Shown here: positions 29,811 through 40,208 of the stretch, one piece after another
Layout: the number at the start of each line of letters is the position of its first letter
Numbering within the stretch: position 1 is the stretch's first letter
Source of the DNA: an uncultured Verrucomicrobiae bacterium
GTDB lineage: Bacteria > Verrucomicrobiota > Verrucomicrobiia > Limisphaerales > JAFGQR01
NCBI GenBank assembly: GCA_963788655.1
Contig: CAWBHS010000100.1
Span: forward strand, 31,278-95,277
Direction: 5' to 3'
Length of the DNA stretch: 64,000 bases
Program-made: the position numbers and the translations under genes
The notes under the pieces: generated by a model
Databases searched by the model: none
Told to the model about the DNA's origin: nothing
What the model saw: the letters and a program-made list of their open reading frames with translations, nothing else

Positions 29811-31022
29811 TCAGGCGTCGGGCCGCAGAATTTGCACGAGCGTTTGTTGGAGGACAAGCGCTTCGTCCAGGCTGCGTGAAACCAATTGCCGATTGCACTC
29901 CAGCAGCAATTCCATGGCGCGGACCAATTCCGCGGAGGTGTAATTGCGGGCCTGTCCCAAGGCCCGGTGCAGCATAAACGGGTGCATGGACAGTGGATTA
30001 AACCGTTTGTCGTCCGGGAAGCAGTCCGCCGGTACGCGACCGAGCTGGCTTTTGAATTGCGGATACCCGGCCTCCGCGCGCACCCAACCTTCGCGCATCA
30101 TTTCCTTGAGGAAGAGCATCGCCCGCACTTTGCTGATCAACCCATACAGCAAGCCAATCTCCGAACGGCTGCGGTCGAATTGCAGGTTCCAGAGTTCGTT
30201 GTCCAGGGTCTGCAAAACCTTGGGCAAGTCCCGGGCACCCAACGCGTCGGCCAGGGCAAACGCCCGCGCTTGCTTGTTCCGCGTGACGATGGCGCGCACA
30301 TCGGCGGTCGCAATCGCGGCGCGCTCGCCGACATACAGGCTGAGCTTTTCCACTTCCGTGGCCAGTTGCTGCCGGTTCGGCCCGACGTTGTTCACCAACT
30401 CGGCCAGGGCTTCCTCGTTGATGTCCTTCTTTCGGGTCCGCAACGCGCGCCGCGTCCAGGCTTCGGCTTCCAAGGCCCAATCCTTGTCATCCAGCGACCA
30501 AGCCGTATGCGTTTCCACGGTCCCGAGCTTCTCAATGGTTTTGTAGAAACTGCGGCGCTTGTCGGTCTTGCCGGCGCTGATGAGCAACCGCACGTTCTCC
30601 CAGGAAAACTGTTTGAGTTCCTCGGCCAACTCGCCCAGCGCCTGGGTGACAGCTTGGGAGGTGGCTGTCCGTTCTTCGCCGAGGAAATTGCAGCTTTGAA
30701 ACCAGATCGCTTTGCCGGTGCCGAAAAACGGGAGCGTTTGGAGGGATTCGCGGAGACGCCCCAGGGCTTTCAGGGCTTCATTGGTATTGCCGGCTTGAGC
30801 GTCGATGATTTCATGGTCCATGCCCCCCAACGCTTCCGACCATTGCTGAAATACAAGGCGCGCCCGTTGTTTGACGGCGAAATCGTCCGTGCCCTGAACC
30901 AGGAGCAACCGGGTTTCCTCCGCGCCTTCGGGGGTCGGGGACGCCGGCGATTTTGCGCTCGCTGGCCCTCGCCGGGACGGGCGCTTAATCGACGTCGCTG
31001 CTGCCGGTTTCGTTGATCTCAT
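29811..31022 (-). CDS. holA: DNA polymerase III delta subunit
   Basis: LLLVQGTDDF, LQTLPFFG, LATEVEKLSLYVG, AFALADALG. The start is uncertain; the nearest ATG (31022) overlaps the DUF151 gene. Confidence 0.85.
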   Translation of the reverse strand: MRSTKPAAATSIKRPSRRGPASAKSPASPTPEGAEETRLLLVQGTDDFAVKQRARLVFQQWSEALGGMDHEIIDAQAGNTNEALKALGRLRESLQTLPFFGTGKAIWFQSCNFLGEERTATSQAVTQALGELAEELKQFSWENVRLLISAGKTDKRRSFYKTIEKLGTVETHTAWSLDDKDWALEAEAWTRRALRTRKKDINEEALAELVNNVGPNRQQLATEVEKLSLYVGERAAIATADVRAIVTRNKQARAFALADALGARDLPKVLQTLDNELWNLQFDRSRSEIGLLYGLISKVRAMLFLKEMMREGWVRAEAGYPQFKSQLGRVPADCFPDDKRFNPLSMHPFMLHRALGQARNYTSAELVRAMELLLECNRQLVSRSLDEALVLQQTLVQILRPDA

Positions 31023-31440
31023 CAAGCCATTTGGACATGTCTTCCACCTGACTGAAGAGTGAGGTGGTGACAAAAACCGGCTTCTTCTGCGCCGTGGCCA
31101 GGGCCAGGCAGTCACTGGGGCGGGCGTCGATTTCCACCAGTTTCTGGCCCAACTCGTTGGCCTGTTTAAGAATCAGCCGGGCAAAATAGGTGCCGTTGCG
31201 CAGTTCGGTGATGACGACGCGCTCGATGGTGATGCCAAAGCCTTTGAAAACGTTGTTCATCAAGTCGTGCGTCAAGGGTCGTTCCTTGGGCATGTCCCGC
31301 AGAAACATGCCAATGATGGCCCCCATGTTGTGTTCGACCTGAATCACAAACACCTTCTCGTCATTGCCGACAAAAATGGCGCACCCGCTATTCGCCGGCA
31401 GAATCCCCCGGATTTCAATGGGCACGACTTCGTTCTTCAT
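30985..31440 (-). CDS. Bifunctional nuclease family protein (DUF151)
   Basis: ERPLTHDL, VVITEL..GTYFARL, IDARPSDCLALA. Confidence 0.9.
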   Translation of the reverse strand: MKNEVVPIEIRGILPANSGCAIFVGNDEKVFVIQVEHNMGAIIGMFLRDMPKERPLTHDLMNNVFKGFGITIERVVITELRNGTYFARLILKQANELGQKLVEIDARPSDCLALATAQKKPVFVTTSLFSQVEDMSKWLDEINETGSSDVD

Positions 31441-31569
31441 AGATACAGTTTATTGCGGCCCGGCCAAAACACAAGTCCCTCTACATTGCGAGAAGATTGA
31501 TCCGGGCAACCCCGACTCTGCCTCGGGGATTTGCGGAGGGGAAGGACAAAGTTTTGGGTTCAACCGTCA

Positions 31570-31733
31570 AAAGGTTGAAGGGTTGAAGCGGCGGAGAAAT
31601 ACCGACGGCGAGGTGATGAGGTGGAATCCTGCGCCAGTGGATAATCAACCTGCTGCCAGGCAGTTTTCACGGGTCGCCCAATTCTTCTGCCGCTTCACCT
31701 CTTCACGCATCAACGCTTCACCCCTTCAACTTT
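31570..31733. repeat. Degenerate 8-nt-periodic inverted repeat (GGTTGAAG/CTTCAACC family)
   Basis: aaggttgaagggttgaagcggcggagaa ... ttcttctgccgcttcacctcttcacgcatcaacgcttcaccccttcaactt. Confidence 0.6.
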
Positions 31734-31781
31734 CCAAATCATGATTGCCAATCCGAGTCCGTGCTCCGCATCATGCCGCCG

Positions 31782-32264
31782 ATGAATTTTCGGGACAAGA
31801 TCATTGCCTGGGACGACCTGCCGCAATGGCGCGCCGCCCGGCGGGCCAATCGGCAAACCTTGGTGGTGACCAACGGGTGCTTCGATATTCTGCACGTAGG
31901 CCACGTCACGTATTTGGCGGCGGCGCGCCATCTGGGTGATGCGCTGCTGGTGGGCTTGACGAACGATCAGCACGTGCGGGCTCTCAAGGGACCGGGTCGT
32001 CCGGTGAATTCCGAACTCGACCGCGCCGCAGTGCTCGCGGCGTTGGCCAGTGTGGATGGGGTTTGCATTTTTCCCGACGAAAATGCCATTCGCTTCCTGG
32101 AACGCGCCGAACCGGACATCTACGCCAAGGGCGGCGATTACACCATTGACACGATCAACCAGGAAGAACGGCGCTTCATCGAGAGCCGGGGTGGGAAGAT
32201 TGTCATTCTGCCGGGCACACCTGGAAAATCGACGACCGCCCTGTTGGCAGGGTTGGATCAATGA
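31782..32264 (+). CDS. rfaE2: D-glycero-beta-D-manno-heptose 1-phosphate adenylyltransferase (RfaE domain II-like)
   Basis: VVTNGCFDILHVGHVTYL, KGPGRPVN, KGGDY, GKSTT. Confidence 0.9.
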   Translation: MNFRDKIIAWDDLPQWRAARRANRQTLVVTNGCFDILHVGHVTYLAAARHLGDALLVGLTNDQHVRALKGPGRPVNSELDRAAVLAALASVDGVCIFPDENAIRFLERAEPDIYAKGGDYTIDTINQEERRFIESRGGKIVILPGTPGKSTTALLAGLDQ

Positions 32265-32278
32265 GCGGTCGCCCAATC

Positions 32279-32812
32279 CTACGACGATCCCGACATGCTG
32301 TCGGTCCAGCCTAAAATATCGACCCGTTCCTTGGCTTCCCGGTCGGGATTGGGACCGCACCGGGGATTGAACCAACTGTCCAGGCTGCGGACCACGCAAT
32401 AATCAATCGGGGTCTGATGTTGTTCGTCGTCGCCGAAGCGGGCTTTCAAGGCGGTATCGAGCACGCGGCCCACGCACTCTTGGATTTCCTGCCGGTGGCA
32501 TTTGCGGAAGGCCATGATCACGGCTGACTTGGGATGGGATTGCGGAAACAAGTCGCCCAGCACCGGGTTCGTATCGACCCATTCTTCCATTTCGTCCGAG
32601 CCCACGGCACCTTTGGCGGTGCAATACACTTCCAGGATCATGAGTTCGGCCACCGGGAAATCGTGGAACTGGGCGGTTTTGCCCGGCCAATCTACCGTGT
32701 CCACCGCGTCCCGGGCCCAAAACATCAAGGCCTGACTACCGATCAGTTCCTTCGAACCCGGCATCAAGTCGGATTTGTCTTTGTCCCGTTTCACTTGGTT
32801 TGACCCGTGCAT
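32279..32812 (-). CDS. Hypothetical protein
   Basis: 177-aa ORF with plausible codon usage, convergent on rfaE2; no family recognised. Confidence 0.6.
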   Translation of the reverse strand: MHGSNQVKRDKDKSDLMPGSKELIGSQALMFWARDAVDTVDWPGKTAQFHDFPVAELMILEVYCTAKGAVGSDEMEEWVDTNPVLGDLFPQSHPKSAVIMAFRKCHRQEIQECVGRVLDTALKARFGDDEQHQTPIDYCVVRSLDSWFNPRCGPNPDREAKERVDILGWTDSMSGSS

Positions 32813-32981
32813 GCTTCCATCGATTGACTTGGGGAAGGGTTACCGGGGCAACCCTCCCATTGGAATCGAGATTCGCATCCTGGCTCGGGTTCGGCAATTC
32901 TAAAAAATTTTGGTCGAAATTCTCCCGCGAAACATTAGCCTCGCGCTCCGAACCAATCATGACGTGCATCGAATCAATCCA

Positions 32982-34448
32982 ATGAAACCTCGAATTCATT
33001 TCCTCGGTCCCATGGTGGCCGCCTTATTCCTCGGCAGTTTGGGATTGTCCGCGGCTGACAACGATCAATCCGCTGCGCCGGAAAAGAAGAAGGAAACGCC
33101 GCCGACGCACACGGTCAAACCCGGCGCATTGAAGTTCAAGACCGAACTGAACGCCACCGTCGAAGCCACCGAAATGTCGCCCATCAGCCTGACTCCCGAG
33201 GCCTGGATGGATTTGTCCATCATCGACGTGGTGCCTCATGGGAAAAAGGTCACCAAAGGCGAAACGCTGATCCAACTCGACACCGAGAAGCTCGAGAAGC
33301 AGATCGAAGAATTGGAGCAACAGCAGCCCGCCACGAAAGTGGCCTTGGAACTTGCGGAAGCGGAGCTGGAGAATCTCGATAAAACCACACCGCTCAAATT
33401 GGAGGCTGCCAAACGGTCCAACCGCGTGTCCGGCGAGGATTACGATTACTTCGAGAAAACCGGGCGGGCGCAACGGGAAAAAGGTGTGCGCTTCGGCGTG
33501 AAACGAGCCGAGAACTATCTGGAAAATGCCCAGGAGGAATTGAATCAACTCAAAAAAATGTACGAAGCGGATGACCTGACCGAGGAGACGGAAGAGATCA
33601 TCCTGAAACGGCAGAAGTTCGAGGTCGAATCGGCGGAGCGCAGTCTGGAATCGGTCCGTCTCAACGCCGAGCAAAGCTTGACCCGCAGCATTCCGCGCGA
33701 GCACGAAAGTCTGTTGTCCCAGAAACGCGACCAGGAGTTGGCGCTGGAACTTGCCGAGCAAACCCTGAACCGGAACCTGACCAAGAAACGGCTCGAGGTT
33801 GCCAAACTCAAGCGGGATCGAGAAACCGCCGACCAGAAACTCGCGGAGCTGAAGAAAGATCTGAAGTTGTTGCGGGTGCGCGCTCCGCGAGACGGCATCG
33901 TGTACTACGGCAGTTGTGATCAAGGGAAATGGACGACCGGGCCTGCGGTTTCCAAGAAGCTGGTGCCCGGCGGCAAACTGGCGCCGCGCGAAGTGGTGAT
34001 GACGGTGGTCAATCCCGAGTTGGTTCGCCTGCGGGCAGTCGCCCCGGAAAATGCCCTCGCCCGGTTGAAGGCTGGGTTGAGCGGTACCGCTTCCCCGGTA
34101 TCCGCGCCCGGCAAGCAATTGGATGTCAAACTCCAAACGATCAATTACGTGCCGTTGGTGACCGGAGGATTCGATACCTCGATTGCTTTGGAAAAACATG
34201 AAGGTATTCGCCTGCTACCCGGCATGACGTGTCAGGTCACGTTCAAACAAACGGGTGACGGCGAACAGTTGCTGGCTCCGAAAGAATCGGTTTTTGAAGA
34301 GGCCGGCGACAGTTATGTGTATCTGTATCGGAAGGAAGGTAAGCCCGAGAAACGCGCCGTCAAAACCGGCGACGCGGACGACAAAATGGTGGAAGTGCGG
34401 GAGGGCTTGACTCAAGGCGACCAGATTTTGCTCAAGAAACCGGAATAG
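32982..34448 (+). CDS. HlyD/efflux periplasmic adaptor with a long coiled coil
   Basis: Signal peptide; VPHGKKVTKGETLIQLD; VRAPRDGIVYYG; VKTG...VEVREGL..GD. Confidence 0.8.
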   Translation: MKPRIHFLGPMVAALFLGSLGLSAADNDQSAAPEKKKETPPTHTVKPGALKFKTELNATVEATEMSPISLTPEAWMDLSIIDVVPHGKKVTKGETLIQLDTEKLEKQIEELEQQQPATKVALELAEAELENLDKTTPLKLEAAKRSNRVSGEDYDYFEKTGRAQREKGVRFGVKRAENYLENAQEELNQLKKMYEADDLTEETEEIILKRQKFEVESAERSLESVRLNAEQSLTRSIPREHESLLSQKRDQELALELAEQTLNRNLTKKRLEVAKLKRDRETADQKLAELKKDLKLLRVRAPRDGIVYYGSCDQGKWTTGPAVSKKLVPGGKLAPREVVMTVVNPELVRLRAVAPENALARLKAGLSGTASPVSAPGKQLDVKLQTINYVPLVTGGFDTSIALEKHEGIRLLPGMTCQVTFKQTGDGEQLLAPKESVFEEAGDSYVYLYRKEGKPEKRAVKTGDADDKMVEVREGLTQGDQILLKKPE

Positions 34449-34455
34449 GCTGTTC

Positions 34456-35741
34456 ATGCAATTTCTTCCTCTTGCTGGCTGGTTTCGCACGGCGTTTTTC
34501 AGTCGAGAGCATCCTCCGGCTGCCGGGGCGGCGCATCGTGACATTCCGTCGTTGCGGCCGGTCAGAAATCTCTTGGGCGTGCGTCTGGTCCAATGGGTTG
34601 GATGTTTGTTGCTGATTGGCGCGGTGGGTTATTTGCCAGCGGCGAGTCCAGTTGAGCGGGAAATCCCTTCGCCGAGAAAAACTGGAACAATCCATTGCCC
34701 GCGGCATCGCGTTTCTTCTCGAACATCAAAACGGCGATGGCTCCTGGGGCTCCGCCCATCGAACCAAGGAGCTGAATATCTATGCGCCGGTGCCGGGAGC
34801 GCACCACGCCTTTCGGAGCGCAGTGACGGCGCTGGTGGTGGAGGCGCTGATTGAAACTCACGCCGCGGCAACTGATCCGGTCGCGCGCACTGCCCTCGAT
34901 CGTGGCGAGGCCTGGCTCCTGGAACATTTGCCGAAATTGCGACGCGCCAATGCGGTGGCCATTTACAACGTATGGGGGCATGCCTACGGCATTCAGGCGC
35001 TGGCAGCCATGTTTCGGGAAGCCTCCGGGAGCACCAATCGCCAGGATCAGATCAAGCAAGTCATCCGCACCCAAATCGATTTGTTGAAACGCTACGAATC
35101 GGTCGATGGCGGCTGGGGTTATTACGACTTCGAGGTCGGCGCCAAACGACCGGCCAGTTGGACGTTGTCCTTTGTTTCAGCCACCGTGCTGATTGCGTTT
35201 CATGATGCCGAAGCGACGGGGGTTGAACTTCCACAGGACGTCATCAAACGAGCCCTGGCCTCGATCCATCGGCAGCGCAAGCCGGACGGCAGTTATCTCT
35301 ACGGCGAGTACCTGAAGTGGCGTCCCATGCTCCCCGTCAACCGGCCACCCGGCAGCGAAGGACGTTCGCAAGCCTGTAACCTGGCATTGCGACTTTGGGG
35401 CGATAAAGCGGATCACCGACGAAGTCCTGACTGCCTGGCTTGACCGCTTAGTTGAGCGCAACGAATGGTTGTCGTTTGGCCGCAAGCGCCCGGTCCCGCA
35501 CGAATCCTGGTTCCAGGTGGCCGGCTACTTTTATTACTACGGCCACTACTACGCCGCGTTGTGCCTGGAGCAGTTGCCGAAAGAAAAAGCGACGCACTAC
35601 GCCCGGCAACTGGCGGCGATTCTCGTCCCATTACAGGAGAAGGATGGTTCCTGGTGGGATTTTCCCTTCTACGATTATCATCAACCCTACGGGACCGCAT
35701 TTGCGTTGATGAGCTTGCAACGGTGCCGCGTTGGGAAATGA
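34456..35741 (+). CDS. Prenyltransferase/squalene-oxidase-repeat (alpha/alpha barrel) protein; frameshifts near 34665 and 35410
   Basis: RGIAFLLEHQNGDGSWG, DGGWGYY, QRKPDGSY, LQEKDGSWWD; three ORF pieces join. Confidence 0.7.
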
Positions 35742-35990
35742 CCAATGCAGCAATGACCAAGGCCCAGAGAATGATCCAAGGTCCCAAGGCTCAATGGGCA
35801 GCGGAAACAAAGCTCCAGTTTGACTCGCTCCAATGAGCCGGCGCGCATGGAGTGACGCGTCCGACCCGTCACCGAATCCGGAGCGCGGCTGGGTCGATGA
35901 CCAGCCGCATCATGTTGCAATTGTCCAGCGCGTTGGGTTTTGGGATGTGGTCATTCTCTGGGCCTTGGTCATTGGTGCTTGGTTATTAAT
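35737..35990. repeat. 7-nt-periodic inverted repeat (AATGACC family) with an internal REP-like insert
   Basis: aatgaccaaggcccagagaatga ... tcattctctgggccttggtcatt is a perfect inverted pair, between convergent genes. Confidence 0.7.
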
Positions 35991-36014
35991 CCTCGGTGGT
36001 CCTCGAACAGGCTT

Positions 36015-38113
36015 TCAAAACTGATTCAAAATGTACTCCGCCACCCGGTCGGTCCAACTGACCTTGATCGGTTCTTTGAGTTCGCGTGACTTGGCAAAGT
36101 CCACCTCGAACAGACGCCGGCGCAGTTGCTCGACGGTTTCGGATCGGAGGTGCCCAGGTTGACCTCCTGATTGAATTGCATGCTGAGCCGGTTGAAATTG
36201 GCCGAGCCCACGCACACCCAACCATCGACAATCAGCGCCTTGACGTGCGTCATCCCGGGATAGATGAACACTCGCACGCCATTGCTCAACAGATAATTCG
36301 CCGTCACGTAATTGCTGCTGTCCGCGCTCCCAAAATCACTCTCGCTCGGCAGCACGATCCGCACGTCCACCCCGCGGCGGCGCGCTTCGGCCAAGGCGCT
36401 GACGATCTTGTTGTCATACAGATACGGATTTTCCAGATAGACGCATTGTTGTGCGCGGTCCAAGGCTTCCATGACCGCGCTGCGAATTTGCCGGCTGCCA
36501 GTGCGGGTGTACAGCCGGCGCAGCTTGGGCCAGTCGGGACAATGCCCGTCGGAACGCGGGGGACGTCGGCCAAACAACACCTGTTCCGCAAACGCGGCGT
36601 CGCCCAGCAGGCCGGCGTGAGCCCAAGCTTTCTCAAAGTCCCGTTCGAAATGCGCCACCACCGGACCTTCGACTTCCACCATCAGGTCGTGCCATTCGTA
36701 GCGATACTCGCGGCCAATATTCATACCTCCGAGATAGGCATAGCGACCATCGATGATGAACACCTTCGAATGTTCGCAACTGAACCACGGATTGAGAAAC
36801 GGCCGCACCCGCACTTGAGCATCGTGTTCCAGATACGCGGCAATGGACTTCGGCGGTTCGAACTCCGCCGGCATGAGCGTTGCCGGCGCGACGTTGCCCG
36901 CGGCTTGCGAGGCCATCCGGTCCAGGATGACGCGTACGTCGATTTCCTTCGACCGTTGTTTGAGCAGGTCGGCAATTTCCACGGCCACGTCGTCCCGGTC
37001 AAAAATACAGACCAGAATATGAATGCTCTTCTGGGCTTCGGCCAAACGGTGCTGGAACGTGGGAAAGAATTCTTCCCCATTAATGAGGTATTGCATCGAG
37101 CCGCAATCGGTGGGGCTTCCCAGCACGTGATCCAGGCGTTGCTCCCACGCGGAAGCATCCATTGCCGCTCGGTCGATTACGGGTGGAACCGGCGCCTCAA
37201 AGGAGGGCAATCCCAAACTGAACAGTCCGGTGATACTGCGAAAGCCTACGTTCAACAGCCGGCCGGCAGCGGACACGGGATTCTTGAGCAAAGCGACGCC
37301 GTGGCTTTCGAATAGGGTCGAACCGAGCATTTTGGCTGAGGTCAATAATTCCGGCCCGCCCTTGGGATCGCTTGCAATCCGCGGCGCATACAATAACACA
37401 CAACGACGTTTGGCCACGTCGAGCAAAATGAAACGAATGATCCGCCCGGGTGGTGCGTCCACGAGCAAAAAGAAATTTTGACCACTGGCGGTCGCTTTCA
37501 ATGAGGTTTCCAACACCTGCGACATGGTCGTGGCAAACTCCTGGGCGTTGTAACGGTGGACCATGGTGACTTCGGGCGGGACGGCGTCGGGTTTGACGGC
37601 GTGAAGGTTGCCGCCATCGTCCCGGTACAGCACGCGTTCGGTATCGAGCAATTGCAGAAACGTGCCCTGCCAAGGGATTGGGCCGGTCAACCGTTCGGTG
37701 GCGGCTTGCGCCATCTGCGTCCACTGGTTCTGTCCCTGGACCGTAACTTCGTGCCAAAATCCGTGCGGGCTGGGCAGGCGGGGTGGACTTTTGTCATAGT
37801 TCAACTCGGCCAGACGGTAAGTATAATCGCGTCCTTCCAGCCGCGCTTTCTTCCATTCAGCTTTGAACACCACCGGCCGACCATCGATGGCGTAGTAAAT
37901 ACGAACGTTGTTGCCCCGGATAAAAGCCCGTGGTGCGGGATACGTGTGCGCACTCTCCAGTTCCTCAACCGTTCGCGCTTTATTCGCCGGCGAAGCGGCG
38001 CGGCCGGTTACTCCGATAAGGGCCAACGTCATTGCCAGGGCCATGGACCAGCGTCCCTTCCCCTGCCGCCAGACACGCGGTTGCTTGCTGGGGCCGGTGA
38101 GCGAGTTCACCAT
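36015..38113 (-). CDS. Phospholipase D / cardiolipin synthase-like protein with a long N-terminal extension; frameshift near 36140
   Basis: Two HKD motifs (EHSKVFIIDG...GGMNIG; THVKALIVDG..VGSANF) and LENPY. The C-terminus continues as ETVEQLRRRLFEVDF in another frame. Confidence 0.8.
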
Positions 38114-38304
38114 TGATACACTCCTCGACCACGGTTGCCTGTTGCGCAACCGCGCGGCGAAGTCCGGCTTGCTGGTCTGGATTCTGACTGCACGACGGTG
38201 AGCAGCGTAGAAACCGCCCCGTGTCTGTGTCAAACGAGTTTACCGGGGCCGCTCACGGCCAACGGGAAACGTAGCGACAGTTTGCCTGCTGAACAGGCGA
38301 ACGG

Positions 38305-38450
38305 GCCATTGACGAAGGCCCCATGTTCAATACCCAATGTGCAGTGAATGACCGATGACCATTTGACCAACAGATGACTGCTCTGGCTCGGCTTGGAGCT
38401 TGGGAATTTGGGCATTCTTTGGTCCTTGGACCATGGACCTTGGTCATTCA
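38305..38450. repeat. 7-nt-periodic inverted repeat (AATGACC family)
   Basis: gaatgaccgatgaccatttgaccaa ... ttgggcattctttggtccttggaccatggaccttggtcatt. Confidence 0.55.
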
Positions 38451-38573
38451 CCACGAGTTCCCAGCCTGTCATTCGATCAGCAGACCCGAGCGATCCTCCG
38501 CCACCGCTCACCCGCCCGGTGACTTTACATTGCCTCGGCGGGCAACAACGGTTCAAATGGCGCGCACGTTGTT

Positions 38574-40208
38574 ATGCTTGGCGAATTGTTCATCCGCAAC
38601 TTGGGCCTGATCATCGTTGCCGCGGCGGTGTTCTCCGTCGTCGCCCGGTGGCTGCGCCTGCCCACGATTGTCGCCTACCTGCTCGCCGGCTTGGTGCTCG
38701 GGCCAGCAACCGGTCTGGTGCAACTGACCCCGTCCCTGGAACTAATCTCCGAGATCGGCATCGTGCTGTTGTTGTTCCTGGTGGGGCTGGAATTGAGTTT
38801 CGACAAACTCAAGGGCATGGGGCACGCGGTGCTGGTGGCCGGCGCGGCGCAGGTTGGCCTAACGGCGGTGGCCGGTTTTCTGATCTCCAAGTTGCTCGGA
38901 CTGGGCGCCACGGAGTCTTTGTTCCTGGCCCTGGCTTTCACGTTCAGCAGCACCGTTGTGGCGGTCAAACTCCTGGCTGAGAAACAGGAATTCAACAGCC
39001 TGCACGGCCGCCTGACGGTGGGCATTCTGTTGTTTCAAGATCTGGCGGTCATTGTCCTGCTGACGCTGATGGCCGGCTTTCAACCCAACGCGGCGCTCGA
39101 TTTGAAGAGCGTCAGCCTAAACCTGATCAAGGCGCTGGGTGGTATGAGCGCCCTGGTGGTATTGGCGATCGCTGCGTCGCGCTTCTGGTTGCCGCGTCCG
39201 TTTGCCTGGGCCTCGCGATCGCCGGGCACGCTGCTCATCTGGAGTCTTTGTTGGTGTTTCTTCGTGGTTGCCGGCGCGCATTGGTTGCACTTGTCCCCGG
39301 AAACCGGCGCGTTCCTGGCCGGCCTCAGCCTGGCCCAGCTTCCCTATAACCACGATCTTCGGCGGCGCGTGCATCCGTTGATGAACTTTTTTGTCGCGGT
39401 CTTTTTTGTTTCGCTGGGAATCAAGATGCAATTGGGCGCCGCGGTCGCGCAATGGCGCACGGCGGTGGCGTTTATCACCTTCGTGTTGGTTGGCAAATTT
39501 GTCATCATAATGTGGACGCTCGCCCGGCTGCGGTTCGGCGAACGCACCGCATTCCATTCCGCCCTGACGCTATCGCAGATCAGCGAATTCTCCTTCATCC
39601 TGGCGGCCGCCGGAGCCAGCGGCGGGTGGATCGATGCCTCGGCACTGTCGCTGGTGGGCCTGGCGGGATTGGTGACGTTCTCGGTGTCCGCCTGTTTGAT
39701 TATTTACAGCGAACCAGTCTTCCGGTTGGCCCACCGGCTGAGGTTATTGCGGCCCTTTGCCGCGCGGCCCGAACCGGAACCGCCTCCTACAGAAATCCCG
39801 CACCATGACCACGTCATCGTGGTGGGTATGAATACCCTGGGACGATTGATTGCCGTCCGCCTGCACGAACTGGGCGAGCCAGTGCTGGCCATTGACACGG
39901 ACCCGGTCAAGCTGGCCGGGCTGCCCTGCGAAACTCTGCACGGCAATGTGGAGTATCTGTCGGTGCTGGAGGAAGCCGGTTTGCCACGCGCCAAACTGCT
40001 CGTCTCCGCGCTACGCATTGAGCCCACCAACGATCTGTTGGCCTACCGGTGTCGCAGTTACAATATTCCGTGCAGCATTCAGGTGGTGGACCTTTCCGTG
40101 ACGGACCGGTTGCTGGAAATGGATGTCAACTACCTCATGATTCCCAAGGTCGATGGGATCAAGTTGCAAACCCGGGAACTGGTGCAACAAGGCTTTCTCA
40201 AATCATGA
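38574..40208 (+). CDS. CPA2 cation:proton antiporter with a TrkA-N (RCK) domain
   Basis: EIGIVLLLFLVGLE, FSSTVVAVK, GILLFQD, SQISEFSF, HVIVVG...IDTDP. Confidence 0.9.
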   Translation: MLGELFIRNLGLIIVAAAVFSVVARWLRLPTIVAYLLAGLVLGPATGLVQLTPSLELISEIGIVLLLFLVGLELSFDKLKGMGHAVLVAGAAQVGLTAVAGFLISKLLGLGATESLFLALAFTFSSTVVAVKLLAEKQEFNSLHGRLTVGILLFQDLAVIVLLTLMAGFQPNAALDLKSVSLNLIKALGGMSALVVLAIAASRFWLPRPFAWASRSPGTLLIWSLCWCFFVVAGAHWLHLSPETGAFLAGLSLAQLPYNHDLRRRVHPLMNFFVAVFFVSLGIKMQLGAAVAQWRTAVAFITFVLVGKFVIIMWTLARLRFGERTAFHSALTLSQISEFSFILAAAGASGGWIDASALSLVGLAGLVTFSVSACLIIYSEPVFRLAHRLRLLRPFAARPEPEPPPTEIPHHDHVIVVGMNTLGRLIAVRLHELGEPVLAIDTDPVKLAGLPCETLHGNVEYLSVLEEAGLPRAKLLVSALRIEPTNDLLAYRCRSYNIPCSIQVVDLSVTDRLLEMDVNYLMIPKVDGIKLQTRELVQQGFLKS

